Of a DNA stretch of 64,000 nucleotides, positions 50,006-63,064 are shown piece by piece. The first letter of the stretch is position 1. Each line of letters begins with the position of its first letter. The stretch comes from Octopus bimaculoides (lineage: Eukaryota): positions 10,900,583-10,964,582 of the forward strand of contig NC_068984.1 in the NCBI RefSeq assembly GCF_001194135.2, in the 5' to 3' direction. The notes beneath the pieces are model-generated. The model did not search any database, was not told where the DNA came from, and worked only from the letters and a program-made list of their open reading frames with translations. Made by a program: the position numbers and the translations under genes.

Positions 50006-51733
50006 TAAATTTGTGTGCATATGAGCCACATCTGGATAAAAGGTATCAACATTTTCAAATCCTTCTTTTTATCTTTTGTGATGGCAGAAGATGTTCTTTT
50101 CAGGTACATTTACTGTAGTTAGACACAATGAAGTCATTAGTTTTTTTTGTGGGAGACACAAAACTGAGAGTAGCATCTCAGCTTTTATTCTTTACCGAAT
50201 CTTATTCAGCACATTGGTCTTTTAGACTCAAATTATGACCAGCATCAATTTTGCTTTCAATCAATTCTCTAGAATTCATTGAATAACTACAACTGGGCCC
50301 ACAAAATAGTAGCCATCTGAACCAACAAGAAAGCTACTATGTGGTTGTTCAACCTGCTAGAGATAGTAGCCATATCTCTATAAAATAGCTCCTTGCAAAC
50401 TTAATCATTTTGGTTTTGATTTTGATTTTCAGACCAACTCATCTGATATCGCCACTGGTTCAGTGATACAAAGTTTTTGTTTTAAAGTGATCTGAATTAA
50501 GACCTTTCATGAAAACTTGATTCAAACACCAGTTTAATAATGACAAATTTATTTTACTGAATCCTTCTTTATTTTTGAAATTAATTAAAACAAAGGCTCT
50601 GCATTTCAATAGAATTTGAGCAACAAGGGTTAATATCAAATATTACATCTGATATAATCATTTTTTTTTAGAAATTTTTCAATCTAAACATCTCTTTTAA
50701 GTCCATGATCCAATCTAAATCCTGTTTAAGGACCTAAATTATGAGTTCTGATATTATACATAATAGAATTCTTCATAATGAATTTTTTTTATTTTTTTTA
50801 TTTATCTAATGCAATTGTTGCTCTGATAATGGCTCCTGTATAGTACTTTAGTTTGATGAGGTGTCAGCTTCCAATGAGAACTAATGTACTCAGGTATCTT
50901 GCCCATAATTGACTTCACTTTGACACTGTTGTGCTTCCTGCCATTATAACCCCTCCTCTATACCTTAATGTATTCTCCTTTCTTTCTCCCTCTTCCTCGT
51001 TCAGTTTCACTCCCTCTCCCCTTTTCTCTTCTCCCCATATTAATATCTTTTCCCCCTCACTCATTAGAAACCCCCCTCTCACTCTCTCTCTTTGTCTAGC
51101 ATTACCTCCCTTGTTGATTATTAGTGATGCTCAGCTCTCTAACAACCAACTAACTGCATGCATGCTTCATAACAAACAACAATAGAAAATAAAAAGTGTC
51201 AGGCCAGGTAGCAATACAGCACCATGTTTTCCTTTAGGAAAAAAGTATTAGTGTCTTGTTTTAAAAAGAAAATATTTAAAGGTAAGACAGATTGTGTGAA
51301 ACAAATATTTACTGAGTCTGACAATGTATACATTTGGTAGTTCCCACTTATTGCTTTATATTGTCCTTTCAGTTGGTAAACTTTATTGAAATACTCCAAA
51401 CAAGAGAATGTGATCTGTTGTTGTAGTGGCAGAGGTGGAGGGGAAGGGGGAAGAGGTGAAACTGTAAAGAGCTTATGTCGGCTTGTTGTATGGAGTTTCA
51501 GAGATGTTAATTATAAGGTTATTTCATATAGTACTCTCGTCTTACTAAGTTGGTAGCAGTAATTATACTTGTACTATTACTAAACACACCGCTTACCTTG
51601 TTGATGTAGGAGTGCGTGTAACTTGATACACCCCCCCCTTTCTTTCCTTTCTGTCACTATCTTTCTCTATTTATGTGTGCATATGTGTGTATGTTTATGG
51701 ATGTATGTATTTATATATATTTCTGTGTGTGTG

Positions 51734-51799
<66 letters not shown>

Positions 51800-52079
51800 A
51801 ATATTTATATGTGTGTATGTGTTTGGATAATTTGTAGCATGTTCCACTTTGTACTATCTTCTAAGTTAACTAAGAAGTTCTCAAACAAACATGTAATTAC
51901 ATGATTAATATTTTGGGGGTTTTTTATGTTAAAAATAGTTAAAGCAATTTTATTGATAATTTTTATTTTTATATCTTCTTTGACTGGACACAGTAAATTT
52001 AAATAACTCCTGAGGTGAACAAAAACAAATGTGTATTTGTGTGTGTAATATATAATGCATAGACATACTATATAATTGA

Positions 52080-52330
52080 AATAATGCACATAATGTGTAT
52101 GTGTGTGTATATATCTATATATATATAAATAAATGTGTATATGCACATATGTCTATATTTGTATATATGTATATATGCATATGTCTGTATATATATATGT
52201 ATGTATGTATGTATGTATATATATATATATATATGTATGCATGCATAAATATGTATATGTCTATATATATGAATATGTCTATATGTGTGTATGCACATGT
52301 GTATAATATATGTATGTATGCATATATGTA

Positions 52331-52384
<54 letters not shown>

Positions 52385-52420
52385 CACATATACACACATG
52401 TACATGCATATGCATCTATA
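52080..52420. repeat. Compound (TA)/(TG)/(CA) microsatellite field
   Basis: Directly visible. Confidence 0.95.
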
Positions 52421-53058
52421 AATATTTTTGTATGTGAAGTTATATGTGAATAAAACAATTTGTGTTCTACAGAAGGATTACTCAATACTTCTTAATCAAG
52501 TATCTTCATTATTGTCATCATTTAATAGCCCTCAAAGTTTTTGCCTGTTTTGCTTTCATCAGATAGTCTCATGGTAGCAAAAAAGGTCAAAACTTAAAAG
52601 CTACAGTCAACTTTTTCCTTGTAAAAGTTAATAAATATATACATATATTTATTATTTATGTATACACCAGGGGGTGCTGGATAGTTCCAGGGAATCACGA
52701 AAGGCCTGGTTGGAGACCCAACCTTCTGAGTTCTTTTACAGGGCTCAGAAAAACTGAAGGACCACTGTAATAAGTGTGTGAATCTGAGAGGGGAATGTGT
52801 TGAATAAAATCATAATTATAACTGATCCTCCTGTATTTTCATGTACCCAAAGCCAAGAACTTTTCAGCACCCCCTCGTATGAATGTCTGCATATGCTCAC
52901 ATGCTTGTATATATGTGTGTACATACATGTTGAAGAAATTGTCTTCTTTGATAAGATGACAACTTTTTACTCACTAGGTTATAACTTCTATCACTTTAAG
53001 ATGTATTAACATTTCTACCTCTGTGTAGTCACACCTGAGAAAAAGATTGACACCTATT

Positions 53059-53095
<37 letters not shown>

Positions 53096-53241
53096 CAATG
53101 TGCAAGGGTAGACATAATTTTCCATAGAAATTCAGTCACACTGGACCAGTAATGCTGGATACTCCCACTTCCCCTATTGTTTTGTCTTCAGCAGCTGTTT
53201 TTGTTGATTGGCCCATTCAAAGATTATATTATATATATATA

Positions 53242-53331
<90 letters not shown>

Positions 53332-54279
53332 TATCGTCTGTGTGTGTGTGTGTGTGTAAGATATATGTATGTATATATATATTTTTGTGTGTGTATATAT
53401 AAATACATGATCATTTGTCCAAAATATATTTTGTTAGACTAATGCTTATGGAGTAAATGGTTATTCACTCAGAGACTTATCTTTGAGTTCTTTATTCTTA
53501 GTGACAAAACATAGCTTCTTTGAACTTGTCCCTTGCTGAAATACATACACGTGTGCATACACACACACACATATATATATACACACACGCACACACATAT
53601 ACACACACATACACATATTGTACTAATTATTCTCTTTATCCATTCTCTCTCTCTTTCTTGTTCTCACTGTTTTGTCAATCTGTCTCTTCTTTGTCATTTT
53701 TTTGATTCTCTTTTTTTTAGCTCTTTCTTTCTTCCTCTCTCCCTCTCTCTCTCCCCTCTCCCTTTCTCCCCCTCCCCCTCTCTCTCACCTCAATAGTGTT
53801 TTCTTAGGATACTCAACGTTTGAAGTATATTTTTTTGTATGAATAATAACAATTGTGTGTGTGTGTGTGTGTGAGACAAATGGATTGTGTGTGCGTGAGA
53901 CATGGATTGTGTGTGCGTGTGAGAGAACAAGAGAGAGAAAGAAGGAGTTTAAAAGTGCCATGGGATGTTTGAGTGTGTGTGTGTGTGTGTGTGAGTGAAA
54001 GGAACAATGCACAAGAGAAAAGAATTGTGTGTGTGTGCGTGTGTTTGAAAGAGAAAGTAACCGTGTGTGTGTATGTAAAAGGGAAAACAACTGTGTGCGT
54101 ATGTATTTGATTGCATGTGTGCACGCGTGATTGCTTAAGTTGATGCACACCTTTGCCACCAACATTACTAATGCTTGTTGCTGCACATATGCTCATGGGT
54201 GTCTGTGTTTGTGTGCATCTGCATACATGCAGATGCATGATTGCACAAGATTTCATGTCATGACCAATGCTATTGTCAA

Positions 54280-54930
54280 CACTGTCTCTACTACTGCCAC
54301 TACCACCACCGCTATTAGCATAACAACCTATCCGATCACCACCACTGCAACTATCACCACTGCAACCACCACCACTGCAACCACCACCACTGCAACCACC
54401 ACCACTGCAACCACCACCACTGCAACCACCACCACTGCAACCACCACCACCATCACAGCTAATATCTTCTACGGACATTACTAGTAACAACATAGTACCA
54501 TCATCGTTGCGTCTGCCATGACTGCTATCACTCACTACCACTACGAACAAACACCACAACTGCAATGACTAATACCACAGGTACCGCCATCACTTCCAAC
54601 ACCACCACTTCCACCACCTTGACTACTACGACCATCACTCCTGTGACCAACACTATCACCAGAGCACTCCCCCCCCCAACACCACTAACACCCACTACCA
54701 GAACCACTGTCGCCTCCACCACCTCTTTTACCCACCACTTCCACCAACACCAACATCCACCACTATTACCACCCCAACTTCTATCACTTTTTACTACCAA
54801 CACCAGCATCCACCACTGCTCACTACCGATACAACTAGCACCACCACTGCTCACTACCGATACAACTAGCACCACCACTGCTCACTACCAACACAACCCA
54901 CTACCACCAACACGACTACCACTACTACCA
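54280..54930. repeat. (ACC/CAC)-rich low-complexity tract with 15-bp and 31-bp tandem units
   Basis: About 7 copies of 'actgcaaccaccacc' at 54345-54450, and about 2.7 copies of 'caccactgctcactaccgatacaactagcac' at 54811-54890. Confidence 0.85.
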
Positions 54931-55639
54931 TTACACTCAGCCTTTTTATTATATTTCCTATGCAAACATTTAAAAACTTTTGTTATATTAACATTTTTGA
55001 AAAATTAAACATTGTCCATCAACTGGCATCTCCAGCTTCATCTTGTTGTTAAAATTTCCCAAACGCACTTTGCCTTTACCATTCTCTTGCATATGCACAG
55101 TGCATCTTTGTTGTCCTGTTGTTGTTGTTATTGTGCACAATTTATTAATACCATTGCAGCCAATAGCTCTATAATTATTATTACCACAACCACTAGCTAC
55201 ACCACCATCACCCCCACCACCAATATTTATATTCTACAATACAACCACCATCACTACCATTAGTGTCCGATCACTGACACCTCACATACCACCACCATCT
55301 GAATGAATGAAGCTCTGCATTGTTGACCGGCCTGCTTGAAATAGCAGCCAAATCTTTTTTCAGATTACTACTGACTTGGAAAAGGAAGGTCATACTAGAT
55401 AATGTAGTTTCTAAAAAGATAGGGTGGTCACGGCTGGAGCACCTTTGATCAGAGTTCTAATCATCAGTGTTAAACTGGGGCTAAGCAACAAACACGGCCA
55501 CCTCTACCACTACCATCATCATTTTCATCATTTAACAATTGTTTTCCATGCTGGCATGGGTTGTATGGTTTGACAGGAGTTGGCAAGCCAGAAGACCTCT
55601 TAGCACATTGACCTCTTAACCCTTTGCTTGTCCAAAGCA

Positions 55640-56230
55640 TTTTTATAAGTATGCTTGAGAAGACCTGTTGAGTCAAGTAAAACCAATGTCATAGCTGTGG
55701 CCAATGCTCCCTGACTGGCTTCCGTGCCGGTGGCACATAAAAAGCACCATCCGAATATGGTCGATGCTAGGTCCGCATAACTGGCTCCCATGCCATTGGT
55801 ATGTAAAAAGCACCAACGAAACTTGGCTGATGCCAGTAGCCCCAGACTGACTCCCATGCCAGTGGCACATAAAAAACACCATCCGAACATGGTCGATGCC
55901 AGGTCAGCCTGACTGGTTCCCGTGTCAGTGGCACATAAAAAGCACCATCTGAATATGATCGATACCAGACCCGCCTGACTGGCTCCTGTGCTGGTGGCAT
56001 GTAAGAAGCACCCACTACACTCTCAGAGTGGTTGGCGTTAGGAAGAGCATCCAGCTGTAGAAACTCTGCCAGATCAGACTGGAGCCTGGTGCAGCCTTNN
56101 NNNNNNNNAACTCTGCCAGATCAGACTGGAGCCTGGTGCAGCCTTCTGGCTTGCCAGTCCTCAGTCAAACCATCCAACCCATGCTAGCATGGAAAACGGA
56201 CTTTAAATGATGATGATGATGATGATGATC
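55640..56230 (+). mobile_element. RTE-LINE 3' UTR copy with about 6 tandem subunits of about 60 bp; an inverted partial tail lies at 55515-55600
   Basis: Repeated 'tgactggctcccatgccagtggcacataaaaagcaccatccgaa' units followed by the shared tail and (GAT)n. Confidence 0.88.
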
Positions 56231-56424
56231 CATGCTTGTTTCCAGGCTTTTAGTTTGCCCTTTTTTTGTCATATGTTCTAAGTAATATAAAGCCTTCCTG
56301 TCATAAGTCCTAAGCTACTCTGCTGGTTTATAAAATATTGGCAATGTGTATCATATATGATGCATGGACGCCAGGGGGGAAATATGTCCTGTCTATCACA
56401 TGTGATACACAGCACAGGCAAAGG

Positions 56425-57015
56425 GTCAACTGGGTTATGTTGATCTTGTAGGCAACACGTTTATATTGACCTCTTAGCAATAGGGTTGTATTGACCTTTT
56501 AGCAATTAGGCTACATTGACATCTTAACAACTGGGCTTCATTGACCTTTTAGCAATTGGGACACATTGATATTTTAACAACTAGCTTATATTGACCTGTT
56601 TACAAATGGGCTACATTGACCTCTTAGCCAGTGGGTTATATTGAACCTTTGATCCATAACAACTGGGTTATATTGACTTCTTAATATGGGCTAGATTAAC
56701 CACTTAATTGGATTACATTAATTCCTTAACAACTGGGCTACATTTGATCCTTTAACCCATTGACAACTGAGCTACATTGATCACTTAACAATTGAACTAT
56801 ATTAAACTCTTAACTAGGCTATATTGACTATTTAACAACTGGGCTAATATTAACTCCTTAACAGCCTGGCTATATCACCCTCTTTGCAGCTGAACTATAT
56901 TGGTTTCTTAATAGCTGGTCTATATTAACTCTTAAGCAAATGGGTTATGTGAACCCCTTAACAATTGAAGTAAATCGGCCTCTTAAAAATTGGGTTACAT
57001 TGAACTCTTAACTGA
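56425..57015. repeat. Degenerate minisatellite with a unit of about 25-35 bp
   Basis: More than 15 copies of 'tatattgacctcttaacaactgggc'-like units. Confidence 0.85.
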
Positions 57016-57182
57016 ATTTATTGCATTTTGACATCTTATGGTTAATTGTTATTTATAGATAGTTTCTAGTAATAAAATACAATAAGATGCCCCAGTAAGA
57101 TTTCTAAAACACTCTACCACTTTGTAATGGTGGCTGTTGATTATGTTGATAATTTTGTCAGAATAATATTTTAGTTTTAAAA

Positions 57183-57396
57183 AGGTGGTGAGCTGGCAGA
57201 AACGTCAGCATGCCGGATGAAATGTTTAGTGGTATTTCATTTGTCTATATGTTCTGAGTTCAAATTCTGCCGAGGTCGACTTTGCCTTTCATCTTTTCGG
57301 TGTCAATAAATTAAGTACCAGTTGCGTACTGGGGTCGATCTAATCGACTGGCCTCCTCCCCAAAACTTTCAGGCCTTGTGCTTAGAGCAGAAAAGA
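57183..57396 (+). mobile_element. Family C SINE
   Basis: 'ggtggtgagctggcagaaacgtcagc...gagttcaaattctgccgaggtcgactttgcctttcatc'. Confidence 0.88.
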
Positions 57397-57410
57397 ATAT
57401 TGTTTGTCTT

Positions 57411-57710
57411 AAAGGTGGCAAGTGGTCAGAAACGATAGCACACTGGGCGAAATGCTTAGCAGTATTTCATCTGTCTATATGTTCTGAGTTCAAACTCTGC
57501 TGAGGTCGACTTTACCTTTCATTCCAGTGTCACATAAAAAGCACACACTACACTCTCGGAGTTGTTGGCATTAGGAAGGGCATCCAGCTGTAGAAACTTT
57601 GCCAGATCAAATTGAGCCTGGTGCAGCCTGTGGCTCACCAGTCCTCAGTCAAACTGTTCAACCCATGCCAGCATGGAAAGCAGACGTTAAATGATGATGA
57701 TGATGATGAT
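57411..57710 (+). mobile_element. Family C SINE head joined to an RTE-LINE 3' UTR
   Basis: C head runs to 'gaggtcgactttacctttcattcc' and then directly into 'agtgtcacataaaaagcacacactacactctcggag', the RTE tail. Confidence 0.75.
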
Positions 57711-58461
57711 GTGTGTGTGTATTTGTGTACTTTTTATTCTCTTTTATTCTTGCATCTTCTTCATATTATGTTTATAGTGAAAATTTTCTAGCTTATGCTA
57801 GTCTAGAGAAAGTTTATATTTATATATATCTGAGAGAGAGAGAGAGAGAGAGATAGAGATACACATATCAAAAGCAATTACTATATTGTCAGATCCTGTA
57901 TTAACCCAACATAATTCCAAGCTGATACTCTTCAGTGATAATGTGTTTATGTGTGTATGAGTGCATGTGTGTGCGTGTATTTTATATGTTTGCAATATTT
58001 TTACTGTTGGTACTAGCCAGGTGTTATTTAAGCATCTTATCTGTGCTTTACTAGCTTAGAATAACGCCAGTGCCATTTCCTGTGCTATTGCCAGACAGTG
58101 TTCTGTAGTGAGACTTTGTCTATAAACAATCTTCTCTGAAGTATTGATAGAAGAGAAGACACCCAGCCGTATGTAACCTTCGTTGCAACTACATTCATAT
58201 TAAGAAGTTTTTTAAAAAAAAGCGAGACTGTATTAACAATTACATTCACACCCACACGTGACAGGCGCATGCAGACGTGCAAGTTTTTCTTTTCTAAATC
58301 ACATATAATGAACACTTTCTACGTAAACCAACCAAAGTAAAAGAAGCAGGGCCTCTAACTTTTCTTTGGCCCTCCTTGCATCCTGTGGAATAATAGCCAG
58401 TGGCAGTGTGTCTGTTATTGATATTCACTTTGATATTATGTATATTCTTTTATCATCATCA

Positions 58462-58499
<38 letters not shown>

Positions 58500-58618
58500 T
58501 GAGGCCTTGTGCTTCCAGTAGAAAAGATTATTATTCCCTTCCAGTCAAGTTCTGGGATCAATGCAATTTTCCTCCCCCTCCCCTCAAAAATCTCTAGCTC
58601 TGTGCCTAAATATGAAAC

Positions 58619-58666
<48 letters not shown>

Positions 58667-58669
58667 GAA

Positions 58670-58815
58670 ACCCATGTTCTGAGTTCAAGTTTGTTAACTT
58701 TGTTTTCATCCTTTATGGATCAATAAAGTAAGTACCAGATGAGCACTTGGGTAGATGTAATCAACTAACACCCACCCTTAAAAAACTTCCGGTCTTGTGC
58801 CTATAGCAGGAAAGG
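58670..58815 (+). mobile_element. Family C SINE, degenerate, within a cluster of C fragments (58500-58910)
   Basis: C central domain and tail flanked by (ATT)n. Confidence 0.65.
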
Positions 58816-59361
58816 TTATTATTATTATGAATTATTCCTTCTGAGTCTTTACATTCTGAGATCAAATCTCACCAAAGTCAGCTTTGCCTTTCATCTTTTC
58901 ATAAAATATTATGATAANNNNNNNNNNNNNNNNNNNNNNNNNNNNNNNNNNNNNNNNNNNNNNNNNNNNNNNNNNNNNNNNNNNNNNNNNNNNNNNNNNN
59001 NNNNNNNNNNNNNNNNNNNNNNNNNNNNNNNNNNNNNNNNNNNNNNNNNNNNNNNNNNNNNNNNNNNNNNNNNNNNNNNNNNNNNNNNNNNNNNNNNNNN
59101 NNNNNNNNNNNNNNNNNNNNNNNNNNNNNNNNNNNNNNNNNNNNNNNNNNNNNNNNNNNNNNNNNNNNNNNNNNNNNNNNNNNNNNNNNNNNNNNNNNNN
59201 NNNNNNNNNNNNNNNNNNNNNNNNNNNNNNNNNNNNNNNNNNNNNNNTTTTCAACATTTGCCTGTTTATTAGCAAAGTTTCATATGAAATAATTTTTTGT
59301 TTTAAATGGATTTGATTTACTGTCAGGTGACTTTTGGCCAACCCTATATAATAAAGCTAAC

Positions 59362-59426
<65 letters not shown>

Positions 59427-59624
59427 TACACTCACTTTGTAGTATTTAAAGGAAGAACTTACTACATTAGTTTTGAAACATAAATGCAACCCACTACAGT
59501 TCTAAATTAGGTCTCCTTCAGTAAATAAATAATTCTTGCTTCATGGCATGATGCTTCTTTGTCACCAATCAACCCAGAGATGAAATCTCATCCTTTTTGG
59601 AACCACAAGTAATTCAATATACAT

Positions 59625-59664
<40 letters not shown>

Positions 59665-59909
59665 ATGTTTATATGTAACTGTATTGCTTACAATATGTTC
59701 TTGTATCAAAATTGTTTTGTTTCTTAATTTTTCAAATGGATTTTAGTCTAAACAACTTTTCTTATCCTTTTTAGAATATGTAAACAGTTTATCACTAAAT
59801 TCTGAGAATGATTTGATTTTACCAATTCTTTGAGGAATCAGGTTTAGCATATTGTTTAGCATATTGTTTAAATATGAAAAACTGTCAGCTTTGGTATGCC
59901 AGGCTTTGC

Positions 59910-60193
59910 TTAACCCTTTAGCATTCAGACCAACCATATCCAGTCCTAATATTCAGCCTGTCTTATGCTCAAACTGATCAAATCTGGCTTTTCATACCAA
60001 CCCTACAATGCCATTTTAACCTTTAGCTTGTTTAGGTGCATCTCTCCCATAGCTGCAGGCACATTGTGTTGCATGGAGAGGGGAGAAAACTCACATGGCG
60101 ATATGATGCGTCTACAGCATGCTAAAGGTTAAAAACAATGTGAATAACAAAAGCATTGAATTAGACAGTATAATCTTAATTTGAAAGGATTAA
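59910..60193. mobile_element. piggyBac-like MITE carrying a nested MITE
   Basis: Ends ttaaccctttagca ... gaaaggattaa; body like 9290-9518. Confidence 0.75.
60016..60132. mobile_element. Nested 117-bp TTAA-flanked MITE
   Basis: TIRs ttaacctttagcttg / catgctaaaggttaa, matching at 14 of 15 positions. Confidence 0.8.
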
Positions 60194-60665
60194 ACCTTCT
60201 TTCTTCAAAAAAAAAATATATATTTTCAAAGACATGTTCCCCATTGTATGTGGTGCTAAATCTATCTTTCCCTTCTAATCCATATCTGTTTAAATAATTC
60301 CTGAGTCTCTCAGATTCTAATAAATTTAATTCATGCTGAAGAATGTTTTTAATTTTTAGCTTGTTTTTTTTTGTTGTTTTTTTAATCTCTTATGGACATT
60401 TTTGTTATGACAAAGTCTATAGAGTACCAGACAAAATGCTTAATGATATGATATTGACTTACAGTTCTGGATGTTTTGAGTTCCATTCCAACCAAAGTTT
60501 TGCCTTTCATTTTTCCAAGGACTAAAAATAAAGTATCAGTTAAGTACAGGGAGATTTAATCACTGAAGTGACTCAAAATTTCTGGTCTATCATTCCAGCA
60601 GAAATAGAAGTTTGCTGATCTAAGAACTAAATGCTTTGCCTTATTTAGTTATTTCTCATTGTGAA

Positions 60666-60965
60666 GGCACATGGCTTAGTGGTTAGAGTATTGAGCTCAG
60701 GATCGTACAGTCATGAGATCAATTCCTGGCAGCATGCTGTGTCCTTGAGCAAGACACTTTGCTTTTGTTTTTTCTCCAATACATTCAACAAGCAAAAATG
60801 AGTAGTACTTGTGTTTGAAAGGGTTAACCTTGTCACATTGAATCTCCTTGAGAACTACATTGAGGGTACATGTGTTTGTGGAGTGCTCAGCCACGTGTGC
60901 CTTAATTTCACGAGCAGGTTGTTCCATTGATCGGATCAGCTGGAACCCTTGTCATCATAACTAAT
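60666..60965 (+). mobile_element. Family B SINE, full length
   Basis: Head 'ggcacatggcttagtggttagag', the central domain and the tail. Confidence 0.82.
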
Positions 60966-61164
60966 GTTGTAACAGTGTATGTCTCATTATATTCTGAGTT
61001 CAAATATTGCCATAGTCAACTTTGTCTTTTCAACCTCCTGGCGGGGGTCATTAAATGAGGCCTGCTCAAGTTCTCAACTGATTAAACCAACCAACTTACA
61101 CCGCTTCACCAAAAATATTAATTGGTGTCTGTTAAAAGCCATTATTAATTTTACAATTTTATAA

Positions 61165-61375
61165 GCCTGTTGGCAGAATCATTAACAAGCTGGGCAAAAT
61201 GTTTAGTGGTATATCATCCATCTTTATTTTCTGAGTTCAAATTCTGTCAAGGTCAGCTTTGCCTTTCACTCTTTTGGGAGTAGATAAAATAAGTACCTGT
61301 CATGTACTGCGGTCACTATAATCAATTTACCCACTCCCTTGAAATTGCTAGCCTTGTGCCAAAATTTGAAACCAG
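61165..61375 (+). mobile_element. Family C SINE
   Basis: C head, core and tail. Confidence 0.75.
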
Positions 61376-61388
61376 TTTTGTGCATTTC

Positions 61389-61695
61389 ACTCTATAATCG
61401 CCCAAGGGCATATAGCATAGTGGTTAAGCACGCGGGCTACTAACCCCAAGATTTCAGGTTCAATCCTAGGAAGTGATTTGAATAAATAATAATAACATTG
61501 GAAAAAATACCTTAGGAATGAGAACAGAGTACTACAATAGTCAAATAAAGGGTTGGATTCAAAATTCCACCAGGACACTTGATGAAGGCTGGAGAGTACA
61601 TCAGCAGAAACGTCATGGTAACAACAACCAAGGTGAGGTCACTTACCTTTCCAATGTAAATAATGTACATAATTCCTAGTCTCTAAAATATAGAA
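61389..61695 (+). mobile_element. tRNA-headed element with a Penelope-type hammerhead-like segment
   Basis: A-box tagcatagtgg (61413-61423), B-box ggttcaatcc (61457-61466), then TTGATGA-A-GGCTG...CAGCA-GAAAC-GTC (61579-61614). Confidence 0.65.
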
Positions 61696-62088
61696 AACCA
61701 ATTTTGTAATTTTATAAAAATGTTATCTTTATCATAAGACAAGGTCATAATATTATTTATCTTGTGATTGCATTCATGGCAAACTCATTTGTTAACTCCC
61801 TGCAGGCCTTTCTTTAACTGAAATAAAAGCTTCATCAGGTGAAAATAGATGGAGGTTTCTTTTGGGTTTTCTTTTACCAGAATATAAAGTTATTTCAGTT
61901 GGGAGGTGTCAGCTGTCTCAACCAATCAAATTTAACTCAGTGATTTTGACATGTTTTCACTGACAGCACTTACAAAGCATATACTTTGATGCATTGTATT
62001 CTTGGTTGATTTTCTTTTAGAGTATTTACCAGTTATTACTGTTGATGTTGTTCATAATTAGTCACAGGGTAGCACTGATGGAGGAGAC

Positions 62089-62306
62089 CAGTGATTCTCA
62101 AATGGGGTCTCATATGAGATTTTGTTGTTTAATTTTATGTGCAATAAATTGGTTATTCTTCTACAATACACAAAATACTTTAACAGTATTTTATGAAATT
62201 CTTAATATTTAATTATAAAAAATATAATGGGATTTTTTTAACATCAAATGGCTGTGAGGGTCCAACCAAGGTGTCCAGAGGCTAAAAAAATGGTTGAGAA
62301 CCACTG
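62089..62306. mobile_element. hAT-type MITE
   Basis: TIRs cagtgattctcaa / ttgagaaccactg; imperfect 8-bp flanks gaggagac / cagtagac. Confidence 0.7.
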
Positions 62307-62514
62307 CAGTAGACCTGTGATTAGAAGTGTTAATGGTGGGACCTATTCCTCTTTTAATTTCATAGTATCAGGAAGGACATTCAGCCTTAGAAACCATGCC
62401 ACAACAAACAGACAGTTGGAGTCTGGACAGCTCCATGTCACACTGTCCAACCCATGCCAGCATGGAAAGTGGACATTAAATGATGATGATGATAATAATG
62501 ATGATGGTGATGGT

Positions 62515-62820
62515 TGGTCTTAAGGTATTTGGTGCATGATTGTAAGGTCATGAGCTTGAAACCTTGTGGTACATTGTGTTCTTGAGCAAGACACTTTATT
62601 CCACATTGCTCCAGTCAACTAAGCTAGCAAAAGTGAGTTGTATCTGTAATTGAAAAGGCCTGCCTTGTCAAATTCTGTCACACTGAATCTTCCCGAGAAC
62701 TATGTTAAGGGTACACATGTCTATGGAGTACTCAACCACTTGCCCATTAATTTCATGAGCAGGCTGTCCTACAGATCTGATCAACTGGAGCACATGCCAT
62801 CATGACCAAAGCAGTGCCAT
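62515..62820 (+). mobile_element. Family B SINE
   Basis: 'gttcttgagcaagacactttattccacattgctccagtc' core and the B tail. Confidence 0.78.
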
Positions 62821-62994
62821 CAGAGTAATATCTAGGACTCCATGATTCAATGTGTCCCTCCTCTTTAAATAAAATACACTACGATTTGATAAAGCCTTAG
62901 CTGCTAATTTGAGCAAGTCAAATGATTGTACAGAAGCTCTCTCATTAGCTTGAAGGTGTTTGCAAATTTATAATTGTCAATGTTGCTAGTACTA

Positions 62995-63049
<55 letters not shown>
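62995..63049. repeat. (CAT)n microsatellite
   Basis: Directly visible. Confidence 0.95.
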
Positions 63050-63050
<1 letters not shown>

Positions 63051-63064
63051 CCTAGATATTATTA

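Noticed and set aside
54131-55008. Thr-rich ORFs (TTTTA repeats) resembling a mucin
   Set aside because: They are explained by (ACC)n low-complexity DNA that is open in several frames on both strands. I found no convincing splice sites, signal peptide or homology.
55640-56050. Regularly spaced units of about 60 bp resembling a CRISPR array
   Set aside because: Eukaryotic context with no cas genes. The whole unit is a degenerate tandem repeat within a LINE 3' UTR, with no unique spacers.
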